A stretch of 19,758 nucleotides of DNA from contig JAUQYZ020000033.1 in assembly GCA_030587475.2 (NCBI GenBank), forward strand, positions 1 to 19,758. Reading direction: 5' to 3'. Below are positions 1 to 9,606 of the stretch, one piece after another; the first letter of the stretch is position 1, and each line of letters begins with the position of its first letter. A program made the position numbers and the translations under genes. The DNA is from Candidatus Sigynarchaeum calidifontis (GTDB lineage Archaea; Asgardarchaeota; Lokiarchaeia; Sigyniarchaeales; Sigyniarchaeaceae). Under the pieces are notes generated by a model. It was not told the origin of the DNA, ran no database searches, and was given only the letters and a program-made list of their open reading frames with translations.

Positions 1-413
1 TCGGAAATGCCGAGCGTCGTGGCTAGCGTAACCGCCGCGAGATCCTCCGCGTATTCCTCGGAAACCTTGTCCGGCTGGCCGAATGAATGGTGTTCGGAGA
101 GATAACCGTAATGGGATGAATCTGCAGGCTTTGCGCAACCGATGGACGCGCTGAGCATCCGGTTGTACTCGTTCGACTCGTTGCGGCTCATGACGACGAA
201 TACGATTTGACCTGGTTTGAGACGCTTCAATCCCTCGTCTATAGAAATCTCCACGGCTTGCGGCGGCAAGATCGAAGAGACATTCACTAAATTGAATGGT
301 TGAATTCGAGCTTCTCTCAAGGCTTTTTCAAAGGCAATCAACTTGTTCTTGTCCCGGCCGACACCACGAGTAAAGAACACGTGTTTCGGCACGAATCCGT
401 TTGAGTTTTCCAT
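1..413 (-). CDS. pdaD: Pyruvoyl-dependent arginine decarboxylase (partial, runs off the left edge)
   Basis: Not in the ORF track; translated by hand from ATG at 413: [51 protein letters not shown]...[22 protein letters not shown]. The NLVxVSSILPP motif carries the Ser-Ser self-cleavage site (nt 273-278), and the GYxSEHH motif is also family-typical. Confidence 0.93.
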   Translation of the reverse strand, partial: MENSNGFVPKHVFFTRGVGRDKNKLIAFEKALREARIQPFNLVNVSSILPPQAVEISIDEGLKRLKPGQIVFVVMSRNESNEYNRMLSASIGCAKPADSSHYGYLSEHHSFGQPDKVSEEYAEDLAAVTLATTLGIS

Positions 414-584
414 TTTTTTATCAAATTCTCCTTTGCAAATTGAAATCGGTGAATGATTCTACTCGTTATCGTGATAGTGGTATAATAAAAGAACTTGGTT
501 CTTCTTAATGAAACTATGTCTTTAAATGAGAATCGTTTTCTCGATAGTTGCTGCCAGCCGTCGATTCGAGCCGGATCGACGTTC

Positions 585-1946
585 TCAATCGCGCCTTCGG
601 TAAAAATCCCGTACCTTGCCTAGATTATCCGCCAATACTTGCACCCCGGATTGCAGCCCCGCTTTATCGAAGAGCCTTTTCATGACCAAGAGCAACTTCT
701 CGACCTGGGCCTGGGTACCCATACCGCCGAGTTGGATGTACGATTTCGCAGCCAACTGAAAACCAGGATCGTTGGTTCCCGCCTTCGAGACGATGTCTTG
801 GAGCCGGGTCATGAGCTGGCCGATCCACGAGAGCAAGGCTTCCTCATTGCGGCCGGGCTCGAAACTGCCTTCGATTTGCCTTTGGATCCAGCCAGTGATG
901 TCCCTAATGATGCTAATAAGGTCTGCCCCCTTCGGGAAGTGCATTTTGATGTCGAAGGTTCGGGTACCAAACGTGATGAGCTCTTCCCACGTGTGCAAGT
1001 ACTTGACCAGGTACGGGAAGAGTGTCTTGTTTATCTCGATGCTCATGTGGCCGTGGAATTCTTTTTGGGGGAGATCCTTGCATTTCTCGGATATTCGCAG
1101 CAGAGGGGCGGGATCAAAGAACTTGATGGTCGACTCTACAAGTCTGCCCCGCGGAATAGCGAGTATCGGTACGATGGGAGCACCCGTGACGCGATGGAGA
1201 GCAATGGCGCCCTGGGGCACGGCCACTAGGAATTCCTTGTCACCATAAATGAACGGGACCTTTAGATTGTTGTTCCCGGCGATGTCGTGCATAAGGAACA
1301 CGATCTTGTTAGCTTTCAGTGCCTGGATCAAGTCCCCCTTGATGACCTTGTAGCTTGTCCTTCCAACGACTTTTGTCGTCCGAAATGCAGGGAGCGTGAT
1401 TAAGTTCTCGAATATCTTCTGGTTCGCCATGTTCGCGACCACGACAAGCTTGAATCCCCGCGGGTCGAGCGCGATGGCACCGAGGGTGTGGAGGAACTGC
1501 CCCATGTGCAGGCTCGTTACGATGGCACCCTTCCCCGCTTTTAATGCACTTTCGAGATAGCCATCCCCATAGAGCATCACGACTTTCCGGTAGTTTTTTT
1601 GCGTGTAGTTGGGCGCTTTCAGCATCATGTCGAACAAGATGATGCCCATGTTCTTCATTGTCGCCTCCACGAGACGCGCAAGCAATCGTGGGGAAAACGA
1701 TCGTCCCGAAAACAGCATGAGATCTCGCCGTGCTCTATCTTTCATGGCCTTTGATTTTAGGAAGAAAGCTTTGACGAAGAAATGTGTGAAACCGATAACA
1801 CCCGAATAGGGAACGAATTTACTAAGCCGGTAGAGCCGGTACTTGTGGACAAAATTCACGACCTTGTAAATCCCGCTCAATTCCTTGCCAAATGCTCTCC
1901 CGGTACGATTTTGCTGAGTGTTTGCTTTCTTGCCGGCTTGAGCCAT
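585..1946 (-). CDS. Lysophospholipid acyltransferase family protein (LpxL/HtrB/PatA-like) with ~120-aa C-terminal extension
   Basis: 453-aa ORF with motifs YLESALKAGKGAIVTSLHMGQF (cf. GxGvillxaHxGNWE), LKANKIVFLMHD (cf. LxxGxxVxxlxDQ) and VPQGAIALHRVTGAPIVP (cf. GpaxLAxxtgApivP). Confidence 0.8.
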   Translation of the reverse strand: MAQAGKKANTQQNRTGRAFGKELSGIYKVVNFVHKYRLYRLSKFVPYSGVIGFTHFFVKAFFLKSKAMKDRARRDLMLFSGRSFSPRLLARLVEATMKNMGIILFDMMLKAPNYTQKNYRKVVMLYGDGYLESALKAGKGAIVTSLHMGQFLHTLGAIALDPRGFKLVVVANMANQKIFENLITLPAFRTTKVVGRTSYKVIKGDLIQALKANKIVFLMHDIAGNNNLKVPFIYGDKEFLVAVPQGAIALHRVTGAPIVPILAIPRGRLVESTIKFFDPAPLLRISEKCKDLPQKEFHGHMSIEINKTLFPYLVKYLHTWEELITFGTRTFDIKMHFPKGADLISIIRDITGWIQRQIEGSFEPGRNEEALLSWIGQLMTRLQDIVSKAGTNDPGFQLAAKSYIQLGGMGTQAQVEKLLLVMKRLFDKAGLQSGVQVLADNLGKVRDFYRRRD

Positions 1947-2016
1947 AAATGCGGACCCGAGTCGATCGACCGATCTATCATGTGCTTCTTGTACACGGTA
2001 TTTTTAAATGGATGCT

Positions 2017-4689
2017 TCAAAAACCGTCTCCCTTGCCGGCCGGGATCGTGAATGAAAACGTCGCGCCCTTGTTCCGGCCCGCCGACTCCGCCCAGATCGT
2101 CCCGCCATGCATTTCGATTATGTTCCGGGTGATATAGAGACCGAGACCGGATCCTTGTATGTTCACGGGCACGTTCAAGTCAGTGCGCTCGAGCTTGCCG
2201 AATTGCTTGAAGAGCTCCCCCATCTCATCCGTGGTCAATCCGATCCCGTTGTCCTTGATAGAAAACTTGACCGTGTTTCCTGTCATGACCAGATTGATCT
2301 CGATCCGACCGCCTTTCGGCGTGTTTTTGATGGCATTGGTGAGCAAATTCGTGAAAACTTGCTCCATGCGAATTTTATCCGCGTTGACGATCGTTTTTTC
2401 GCCTAAATTCAGCAAGATCTCGTGGTCGGCGGTCTTCACGAGGTATTCCAGATTAGAAATCGTCTGTAGCACGAGCTCGCCCAAGTCGACGTCATGCTTG
2501 TTGAGTTGGAAGTTTCCGGTGTCCATGCGCGAGACATCCAGGAGATTGTCGACCAGGGCCTTCAAACGCTCCGCGCCCCGGTGGATGATGTCGATCATGG
2601 TCTTTATCCTTTCATCCAGACTTTCCGGGAGCACCTTCAAGAGAAATTCCGATGCACCGTAGAGCGAAACGAGGGGAGTCTTGAGTTCGTGCGTGGCCGT
2701 GAAAATGAAGTTTTTGCGGATCGTGTCCAGATGTTTTAATTTGATGTTTTCTTGTTCCAGGATACGTTCCAGCTTCTTTTTTTCCGTGATATCGTTGATG
2801 ATGATTTGGATGGCATTAGTCTTGCCATATTTGATGCGCGCTGCTTGCGCTCGGACCCAAATTTTGAATCCCTTCGCGGTAGAGACCTCGAACTCGACCG
2901 GTTCGATTGGCTTGTTTTGCACCATGTTCTTGAAAACATCCTTGATGAAAGTCCCATCGAGCTCGATGTATGGCAAGAACTCGCGCAGCGGCTTGCCCAC
3001 GACCTGGCTCCTCTCGATCTTGAACAAGTCCTCGGTGGCCGAGTTGCAGTCGATCAACACACCCTTCATACTGATCAAGACGATCGCCGCTGTGGATTCC
3101 TCGAACACTTGTCGATACTTCTCCTCGGATTCTTTAAGCCGAATCTCGCTTTCCTTGGCGTCCGTAGCGTCACGGATCACGAGCAAGGTGGCTTTCTCGC
3201 CGCGATAAGGTAATGCGCCCGATGTCGCCTGGATCCACTTGACCTTGCCGTCACGGGTGATGACCCGGTAGGTGGCCTCGTGCATCTCGCTCGAATGGAT
3301 CTGGTCGAGAAAGGCAGTCGTGCCCGGGACGCGGTCGCTCGGGTGTATCTTCATCAACAAGTGCTGCTCGTTCCACCCGAGCATCTCTGCCGGGCTATAC
3401 CCGTAGATGCTCGCCGCGTGGTCGTTCACGTACTTGATCATTCCTGCTTGGATAAAGATGATACCGATGAGCGATTTTTCGGCTATGAAGTGAAATTTTT
3501 CCTCGGACTCCGCGAGTTCTTGTTCAGCCTTTTCCCTCGATGTCACGTCCAGAGCGGTGGCGAGGATCGCGGGTTTGCCTTTGAAATCTATGCTCTTGCT
3601 GAAGACCTCGATGGCGATACGCTTCCCTGAAGGCAGTATCAGCGGCAATACGCTCCGGTGATCTCCCAAATGTATCCCGGCGAGCCAGGACTTGTAATCT
3701 CCGAGGCGTTTTTCCTTGCTCATGTCCGCGGCAAGATCCAGAAACTGCTCGAAGGGGTGTCCGATCATATCAGCGGCTTTTTTCTCGACCAGGTTCGCTG
3801 CATTGTCATTCACATAAACGAGCTTCCCATCCTGGATGATAACAATGCCGAGAGCGGATTGTTCCGCAATAACACGGAATTTTTTTTCCTCTTCCGCAAG
3901 CACGTTTTCAAGATCCGCCTTGGCGGTAACATCAAGTGCCGTGATGAGGATTGCCGGCTGCTGCGAGATGGTTATTCCCTTGAAATACAACTGCAAGGTC
4001 TTGACCTTACGTGAAGCGCTCGCTATTCTTATCGTGATTGCGGTTTCTTGGCCTTGCTTGGCTGAAAGCCGCGTTTTTAAACCCTCGATGAACGACTCGT
4101 GGCTCATGTCATCGATCTGCGTCTTAACATCTTTTAAAGAGGATCCGACGAGCCGATCCAGTGGCACCATCATAATTTCGGCAAACTTCTGGTTCGCATA
4201 AAGAACGCGGCCGTTCTGGAGAATGAGTATCCCGAGGCTCGATTGCTCAGATATACTCCGGAAGATGGCCTCCGAGTCTCGTAACTTCTGGTCGAGGAGA
4301 TGGCTCTCGGTTACATCCATCATAACAAGGACGATGGCGGGTGCACCGTTGTAAATCCGGGTGTTCGAAAAATGCTCCACCCAGCGTGTCTCGCCATCCT
4401 TCCTGATGATGCGGTAACTATAACGCGGGATGACGCCATCGGTCGCGCCTGCTAGTTTCTTGCGAGTTTGCTCAGCGACAAGCGCGCGATCGTCGGGATG
4501 GATGAGGATATCAATGAATTGGTATGGTTTCCATGATTTTATCTCTTCCGGGGAGTAACCACTCAATCTCACCGCACCGGAGTTGCAATATTTAACGACA
4601 CCATCTTGCAGCACGGCAACCCCGACGAGATCTTGCTCCGCGACGAGTTGGAGATCTTCCGGCAGGCCAGCAAGCCGTTGGTCGTTCAT
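2017..4689 (-). CDS. Soluble multi-PAS (5x) sensor histidine kinase
   Basis: Five PAS-like repeats end in DVTE, DVTA, DVTS, DATD and DITE. They are followed by the H-box THELKTPL, N-box QVFTNLLTNAIK, G1 DNGIG and G2 GSGLGL. No TM segment is visible. Start is moved from 4968 to ATG 4689 (MNDQRL, 890 aa) because the upstream 93 codons look non-protein-like. Confidence 0.93.
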   Translation of the reverse strand: MNDQRLAGLPEDLQLVAEQDLVGVAVLQDGVVKYCNSGAVRLSGYSPEEIKSWKPYQFIDILIHPDDRALVAEQTRKKLAGATDGVIPRYSYRIIRKDGETRWVEHFSNTRIYNGAPAIVLVMMDVTESHLLDQKLRDSEAIFRSISEQSSLGILILQNGRVLYANQKFAEIMMVPLDRLVGSSLKDVKTQIDDMSHESFIEGLKTRLSAKQGQETAITIRIASASRKVKTLQLYFKGITISQQPAILITALDVTAKADLENVLAEEEKKFRVIAEQSALGIVIIQDGKLVYVNDNAANLVEKKAADMIGHPFEQFLDLAADMSKEKRLGDYKSWLAGIHLGDHRSVLPLILPSGKRIAIEVFSKSIDFKGKPAILATALDVTSREKAEQELAESEEKFHFIAEKSLIGIIFIQAGMIKYVNDHAASIYGYSPAEMLGWNEQHLLMKIHPSDRVPGTTAFLDQIHSSEMHEATYRVITRDGKVKWIQATSGALPYRGEKATLLVIRDATDAKESEIRLKESEEKYRQVFEESTAAIVLISMKGVLIDCNSATEDLFKIERSQVVGKPLREFLPYIELDGTFIKDVFKNMVQNKPIEPVEFEVSTAKGFKIWVRAQAARIKYGKTNAIQIIINDITEKKKLERILEQENIKLKHLDTIRKNFIFTATHELKTPLVSLYGASEFLLKVLPESLDERIKTMIDIIHRGAERLKALVDNLLDVSRMDTGNFQLNKHDVDLGELVLQTISNLEYLVKTADHEILLNLGEKTIVNADKIRMEQVFTNLLTNAIKNTPKGGRIEINLVMTGNTVKFSIKDNGIGLTTDEMGELFKQFGKLERTDLNVPVNIQGSGLGLYITRNIIEMHGGTIWAESAGRNKGATFSFTIPAGKGDGF

Positions 4690-4975
4690 CTTGGTTTGTG
4701 CTCCAAAGGTATGTGGTACTCCCAAGCTGCATTTCCTCGCTTGAAATGTATGCCTTTCAGCATTTAACTCATGAGCATTTATTTGTATAATGGCGATCAT
4801 CGATAGATCCGCGGTGAGGAAAGGAATTCCCGCGTGTTCAAGAAAAGGAATAATGATTCGTCTATGAAATCTGGCGTGGCACGAAGCTATTGCTTGGAAC
4901 CGCGCGAATGCTCTCCATTTCACTGGCAATCTCTCCTTTTCGCGCCTGGAGGCGATCTTCAAAACCACGACGATT

Positions 4976-5311
4976 TCAATTAGGTTGGATGCAAAGAAAA
5001 TAGAACTTCCCGGTATTCAAGGCAAATAGTGGGTTGTGTTCCAGAGGGGCGTGGAATTTGTACGTGGCCGTCGCCGTCTCGCCAATCCATTGGAACCCGT
5101 GCTCTTGCGTCCAGCAAATGCCGGTGCCCTCGTGCAGCTCGTTCCAGGTCTCGACGTGGATCCACACCGCGCCGAGGTCCATGGCTCGCCGAAATTCTGC
5201 CGCGTACAGTTGGAGATCGCGCGGAACGTATCGAGATGCTTGAACGCTCAAGAAACCGATCTTAGAACACCCTGGACGAAAAATGAGAAGCGCGCGGGAT
5301 TGGAATCGAGT
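4976..5311 (-). pseudogene. Remnant of a GH99/GH71-like (DUF5010-type) glycoside hydrolase C-terminus
   Basis: The open frame 5311->4976 reads ...RPG...RYVPRDLQLYAAEFRRAMDLGAVWIHVETWNELHEGTGI...EHGFQWI. ETWNELHEGT (nt 5123-5152) matches the (S/T)(W/F)NExHEGT catalytic motif. About 110 codons is too short for a TIM barrel. Confidence 0.6.
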
Positions 5312-5926
5312 TCAAGGAGAAGCGCTGGCCTTCTCTATATCCCCGAACCGTCTCATCACGAGCTCGAAGAACTCGTAATCGTCGTATTGAATGATCCGGG
5401 CAATTTCTCCCACAAACGAGATCTTTTTCTTCACAATGCCCGGAACGCATCCATCATCGAGAGGGAATTCTTTGAAGAATTTATAGAGAGCGATAAGCCC
5501 CTTCGCGAGATCCACACGTATTTTCTCGAACTTTTTGCTAGATAGGGCAACCCCGTTTTCGTAAAATTCCCGGTCTTCCTTATTAATGGCGGCCAAGAGT
5601 GCATTGCGCCGTTCTTGTCTTTTTTCCCTGAGCCGCTTGTTCGAGACAAGGCCGAGCGCGTCGAGCTTCCCCAGCTCATCAAAAGCTTTGGCGAATCGCC
5701 GGAACGTGGCCCCGTTCGCATATATATCAACGAAATCCGCTTTATACTTCAATATAACTCCGTTCGTGAGAATCTCCTTGAAATCAGACTCGTCTTCATT
5801 CAATACCTTCAAGACTTCCATCATCACGCTTCCCTCGTATTCCTTGCGGCTCTCCTCGTCGTAATAATTGATGATGGCGTCTATAAACCGCTGCCCCATT
5901 TCGGCGATCGGCCCGATTCCAGCCAT
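5312..5926 (-). CDS. Hypothetical soluble, charged, helical protein (204 aa)
   Basis: Long ORF with natural amino-acid composition; a TATA-like TTTTATA ends about 23 nt upstream of the ATG. No family recognised. Confidence 0.75.
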   Translation of the reverse strand: MAGIGPIAEMGQRFIDAIINYYDEESRKEYEGSVMMEVLKVLNEDESDFKEILTNGVILKYKADFVDIYANGATFRRFAKAFDELGKLDALGLVSNKRLREKRQERRNALLAAINKEDREFYENGVALSSKKFEKIRVDLAKGLIALYKFFKEFPLDDGCVPGIVKKKISFVGEIARIIQYDDYEFFELVMRRFGDIEKASASP

Positions 5927-5948
5927 ACCGTTCAGTTGCCTATCTTAG

Positions 5949-5957
5949 TATAAAAAA
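5949..5957 (-). promoter_or_regulatory. Putative TATA box of a leaderless transcript for the 204-aa gene
   Basis: Minus-strand TTTTTTATA ends 23 nt before ATG 5926, the spacing expected if transcription starts at or near the start codon. Confidence 0.35.
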
Positions 5958-5984
5958 ATATCCAAAAAGATATCCTGCAATGAT

Positions 5985-6896
5985 TCAGGAGGATCTCGTC
6001 GCGCCACTTGTCATGATACGGCGCTGGTGCACCTTCAACGGGTACACGAGACCCAAGTACGTGAGGAAACAGAACACGGGGATCGAGGTCATCGCCAGAT
6101 AATAAAATATCTGGCGGGCTGCCCGTGCCTCTTGCGGCTCGAGCCCGATGCCTTGAATGTTGTGGATGATGTAGAAGACGAAGAAAAGCACGAGAGTCAC
6201 GCCCGCCAGGAACAGGGCATAGAGCCCGATCCGCTCCTCCTTCGACTTGGTCGCCCGCACGCTCCTCAGCGGTTTCACGATCAGCGCGACCATGTTGTAC
6301 AGCCCAATGATGATGACCGGCAGAGTCTCGATGATCGACTCGACGGCCGTGATTTTCACCCACACGGACTTCGTGAGGATCGCGAGGAACACGACCAGGA
6401 GCCCGAGGAAGACGAGCACCGAAATCCAGTTCTTGCGGATCTGGGCGCGATGAAGATCGTTTGCGTCCACCGGATAATGGAGCCCGTTCTCGAATATCTC
6501 GAGCGTGAACAGGACCCAGTTTATCATTGCAAGCACGGTGAAGATAAAAATAGACCGGTTCAAGAAATCGTTCAGCAGCGTGTTAAAATAAGCAAACTCG
6601 ACGAGAAGGGAGATTGACAGCAGCGTGATGAAGGCGACGAATGCCATGATGAGGATCCGGATCGTTATTGATGGCCGCTCCCTGTATCGCTTGACCAGGT
6701 TCAGCACCAGCACGACGGTCACGACGATCGAAACCGAAAAGTTAATGATGGCCGCATAATCGATGAAATCCCACGGTTCTTGTATGATCGATTCGTATAT
6801 CGATGGTGTCCCGAGCACGATCGCCATGACCACGATCCAATACGAAAGAATGCCTATCCAGGAAAACTTCACGACATTTAATGTCTGGCTGGCCAT
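5985..6896 (-). CDS. Integral membrane protein, about 8 TM helices (1+7), unknown function
   Basis: 303 aa with eight hydrophobic stretches separated by basic loops (KRYRERP, KSKEERIG) and ending in YLGLVYP. Confidence 0.85.
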   Translation of the reverse strand: MASQTLNVVKFSWIGILSYWIVVMAIVLGTPSIYESIIQEPWDFIDYAAIINFSVSIVVTVVLVLNLVKRYRERPSITIRILIMAFVAFITLLSISLLVEFAYFNTLLNDFLNRSIFIFTVLAMINWVLFTLEIFENGLHYPVDANDLHRAQIRKNWISVLVFLGLLVVFLAILTKSVWVKITAVESIIETLPVIIIGLYNMVALIVKPLRSVRATKSKEERIGLYALFLAGVTLVLFFVFYIIHNIQGIGLEPQEARAARQIFYYLAMTSIPVFCFLTYLGLVYPLKVHQRRIMTSGATRSS

Positions 6897-7198
6897 CCGC
6901 GTCTATCTCCTTGCAAACTCGATTGGCAATGATCCTCGGATTGATATTAAAGCCTATTTGCAGCGAGGTAAACATGCCCCTCGGAATCTTTTTTATCCCG
7001 CGTGGTCGAGAGTTGCACCATGACAACGATCCGGGTGGGAATGTTGCGCGTCGCCGGGATAGATCTCGCCCGGCCAACCCGGCATGGAGGTTAGGGATTA
7101 AAGATGCTGCATGCGAGCGTCCAGCAAGCACATGCAACCTTCATAATTTCATCGATGATGGATCAACAATTAAGCCAATTTTAAGCAAAGCGAACGGC

Positions 7199-9160
7199 AT
7201 GGATCATATCAACAGAGCCCTTCCCACCGAAGGGCACACCCCGATGTACGTGATGCACAAGTACTTCGCGCGCAAACAACAAGACGTGATAAGCGAGTAC
7301 ATCAAGCATTATTCGAAAGAGGGGGATATCGTGCTCGACCCGTTTTGCGGGAGCGGGGTAATGATCGGCGAGGCACTCAAGCTCGGCCGGAAAGCTATCG
7401 GCGTGGACATAAACCCGGTCTCGATCTTCATCACGAGGAACACGATCAAGCACGTTGATGGTGATAAAATCATCGAGGAATTCAAGAACATCGAAAACGA
7501 CATCAGCCAGGACATCAACAGCTTGTACATTACCACTTGCAGGGAATGCGAAAAACTGGGCAAAAAAACCCGGCTTCCCGCCACTTGTTTCACGTGGAAG
7601 GGAAAAAGCCTCGTGGACGTGCGATACGAGTGCAAGCACCATGAAAAATCCAAGATCATCAGTCCCGTGAATGAAGACGACTTGAAATTGCATAATGACG
7701 TGTTGAATGGGAAGATGGATGCGTTTTTTGATAAATCAGGAGCTTGCAAGTACTGGTACCCCACGAATCGTTTCTACTATCGCGATGGTACCCCCTTCTT
7801 GAAAAAGGAAAGGTTCGAATCGGTTGACCAGCTCTTCACGAAGCGAAACCTCGTCGCACTTGCCAAGTTACGCGACCGGATCGAGAAAATAACCGATGAC
7901 GAATCGCGCGAATCGTTCAAGTTCGCCTTTTCTGCATTGACACACCTGGCATCAAGCATGACCCCCGTACGGCCCTCCCGTCCCTTTAGTTCGGCGTGGG
8001 TGCAGCAAAGTTATTGGAAGGCTCCCCATTTCATGGAATCGAACGTGTGGTACTTGTTCAAGCGGGGCGTGATGGAGCGGCAAGGGCTACTAAATGCCAA
8101 GCGGGACATCCCGGACGACTTCGCGTCCAAGAAAGAAGCCAAGGACCTCGACCAGTTGATGAGCAGTCCATCCCACCACTATCTCCTCGAGCTCTCCGCC
8201 AATGCTGCATTGAAAGGCTTGAAAGATAACAGCATCGATTACGTGATCACGGATCCGCCTTATGGCCATTCCATCCAATACGGGGAACTACTCTTCATGT
8301 GGGGCTGCTGGCTCAAGTTGATGGACAATTTCGACGAGCTAGCGAGGGGGGAGATCGTTGTCAATCCACGGCAGAGAAAGGACAAGGACGATTACGAGAA
8401 GGGATTAAGACAGGCCTTCCAGGAAATCTATCGCGTGCTGAAACCAGGAAAATATTGCACGGTCACATTCCACAATCCCGCGCTGGTGTACAGGAACATG
8501 CTCTTCAAGTCAGCCGTCCTGGCGGGGTTCACGTTCGAAAAGGTCATCTACCAGCCACCGCCCAGGCCATCCGCGAAGAGCCTCTTGCAGCCATTCGGAT
8601 CGCTCGAGGGGGATTATTTCTTCCGCTTCAAGAAATCCGAGGCCAAGGGCGAGCAAAAATTTGAATTGGCGGACGAGAAACGGGTTGAATCGTTGATTGT
8701 CGGGATTGCGGAAAGGATCATTGTCGAGCGGGGCGAGCCCACGAACTACACGTTCATCCAGAACTCGATCGACCCGATCTTGTACGAGGAATTGAGCAAA
8801 AGAGGAATGCTCATCTCATTTAATCCGACCAGCGTGCTCGATATCTTGAAAAAACACGTGGGAGAAACCTTCCGGCTCGTCAACGGGAATGGCAAGGACA
8901 GGCGGCAACAGTTATTGGCATCGGGATGGTGGCTCGCAGACCCGAACAAGTACAAGATCGAGATCCCGCTCGTGAAACGGGTTGACGATGCCATCGTGAA
9001 CTTGCTGCGAGAGAAAGGATCCGCCACGCTGGCGGAGGTGTTGACCGATGTCTACACGCGCTTCCAGGATGCATTGACCCCGGAATACCGCGCGATTCTC
9101 GAAATCTTGAAAAAACGTGCGATCCGATCGGGCGACAGATGGTCGTTAAAACCCGAATAA
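7199..9160 (+). CDS. Adenine-specific DNA methyltransferase with Zn-ribbon insert (COG1743-like), orphan
   Basis: N-terminal HKYFARK, SAM-binding VLDPFCGSG...GVDINP, a CREC...C...C insert, catalytic IDYVITDPPY, EIYRVLKPG and a helical C-terminal region. Start moved to ATG 7199 (MDHINRAL, 653 aa) because the 6881 start overlaps the divergent gene. Confidence 0.9.
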   Translation: MDHINRALPTEGHTPMYVMHKYFARKQQDVISEYIKHYSKEGDIVLDPFCGSGVMIGEALKLGRKAIGVDINPVSIFITRNTIKHVDGDKIIEEFKNIENDISQDINSLYITTCRECEKLGKKTRLPATCFTWKGKSLVDVRYECKHHEKSKIISPVNEDDLKLHNDVLNGKMDAFFDKSGACKYWYPTNRFYYRDGTPFLKKERFESVDQLFTKRNLVALAKLRDRIEKITDDESRESFKFAFSALTHLASSMTPVRPSRPFSSAWVQQSYWKAPHFMESNVWYLFKRGVMERQGLLNAKRDIPDDFASKKEAKDLDQLMSSPSHHYLLELSANAALKGLKDNSIDYVITDPPYGHSIQYGELLFMWGCWLKLMDNFDELARGEIVVNPRQRKDKDDYEKGLRQAFQEIYRVLKPGKYCTVTFHNPALVYRNMLFKSAVLAGFTFEKVIYQPPPRPSAKSLLQPFGSLEGDYFFRFKKSEAKGEQKFELADEKRVESLIVGIAERIIVERGEPTNYTFIQNSIDPILYEELSKRGMLISFNPTSVLDILKKHVGETFRLVNGNGKDRRQQLLASGWWLADPNKYKIEIPLVKRVDDAIVNLLREKGSATLAEVLTDVYTRFQDALTPEYRAILEILKKRAIRSGDRWSLKPE

Positions 9161-9568
9161 ACCGGGATTAAAGGGGATCCCACTTGTTCCCGGCCCTATT
9201 TTAATGATGACCTCCATCCATCCAGCAGACTCCACGAATCTCATCCCGGGGGGACGAATAGTAGGTCACGAATAATCAATTCCAAAAAAATATCAGCGCG
9301 TGAAGTTATGTGTTATATTTACGATACCATCCAGATATCGTTCAAATATTGGTTTAGATGTTGGTTTTTGAGCATTTTTTCCGCTGATTATTTTTAATGT
9401 GTAAAAATAAAGTTATGGTGTACGAATTCTTCAAAAAAAAACGGTTTGATGCCAACATTGGCCGTTATTTTTCATTCATTCGATGTTATTATATGAGATT
9501 GTTTCCCGATTTAGATCATTATCGAATAACAAAAGGGATCTGGAGAAAACGACCTATTTTTTAGAAGC

Positions 9569-9583
9569 CGAAATCCTTATATT
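9569..9583 (+). promoter_or_regulatory. Archaeal BRE/TATA promoter of the dnaK operon
   Basis: CGAAA (9569-9573), TC, CTTATATT (9576-9583); same layout as the hsp20 promoter. Confidence 0.7.
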
Positions 9584-9606
9584 CTCGCGTTGCTCATAGT
9601 TGGTTA

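Noticed and set aside
4690-4968. 93-aa N-terminal extension of the kinase ORF
   Set aside because: Non-domain-like sequence over an AT-richer, promoter-like region; PAS1 begins right after ATG 4689.
5312-5314. Selenocysteine recoding of the in-frame TGA
   Set aside because: The context ASASP*TRFQ has no redox motif, the joined parts appear unrelated, and I could not identify a SECIS-like structure.
5985-6896. Microbial rhodopsin or schizorhodopsin
   Set aside because: No retinal-binding lysine motif in the last helix and no RYxxW helix-C motif.
6881-7198. 106-aa N-terminal extension of the methyltransferase ORF
   Set aside because: It overlaps the start of the divergent membrane gene and removes all promoter space; family motifs start after ATG 7199.
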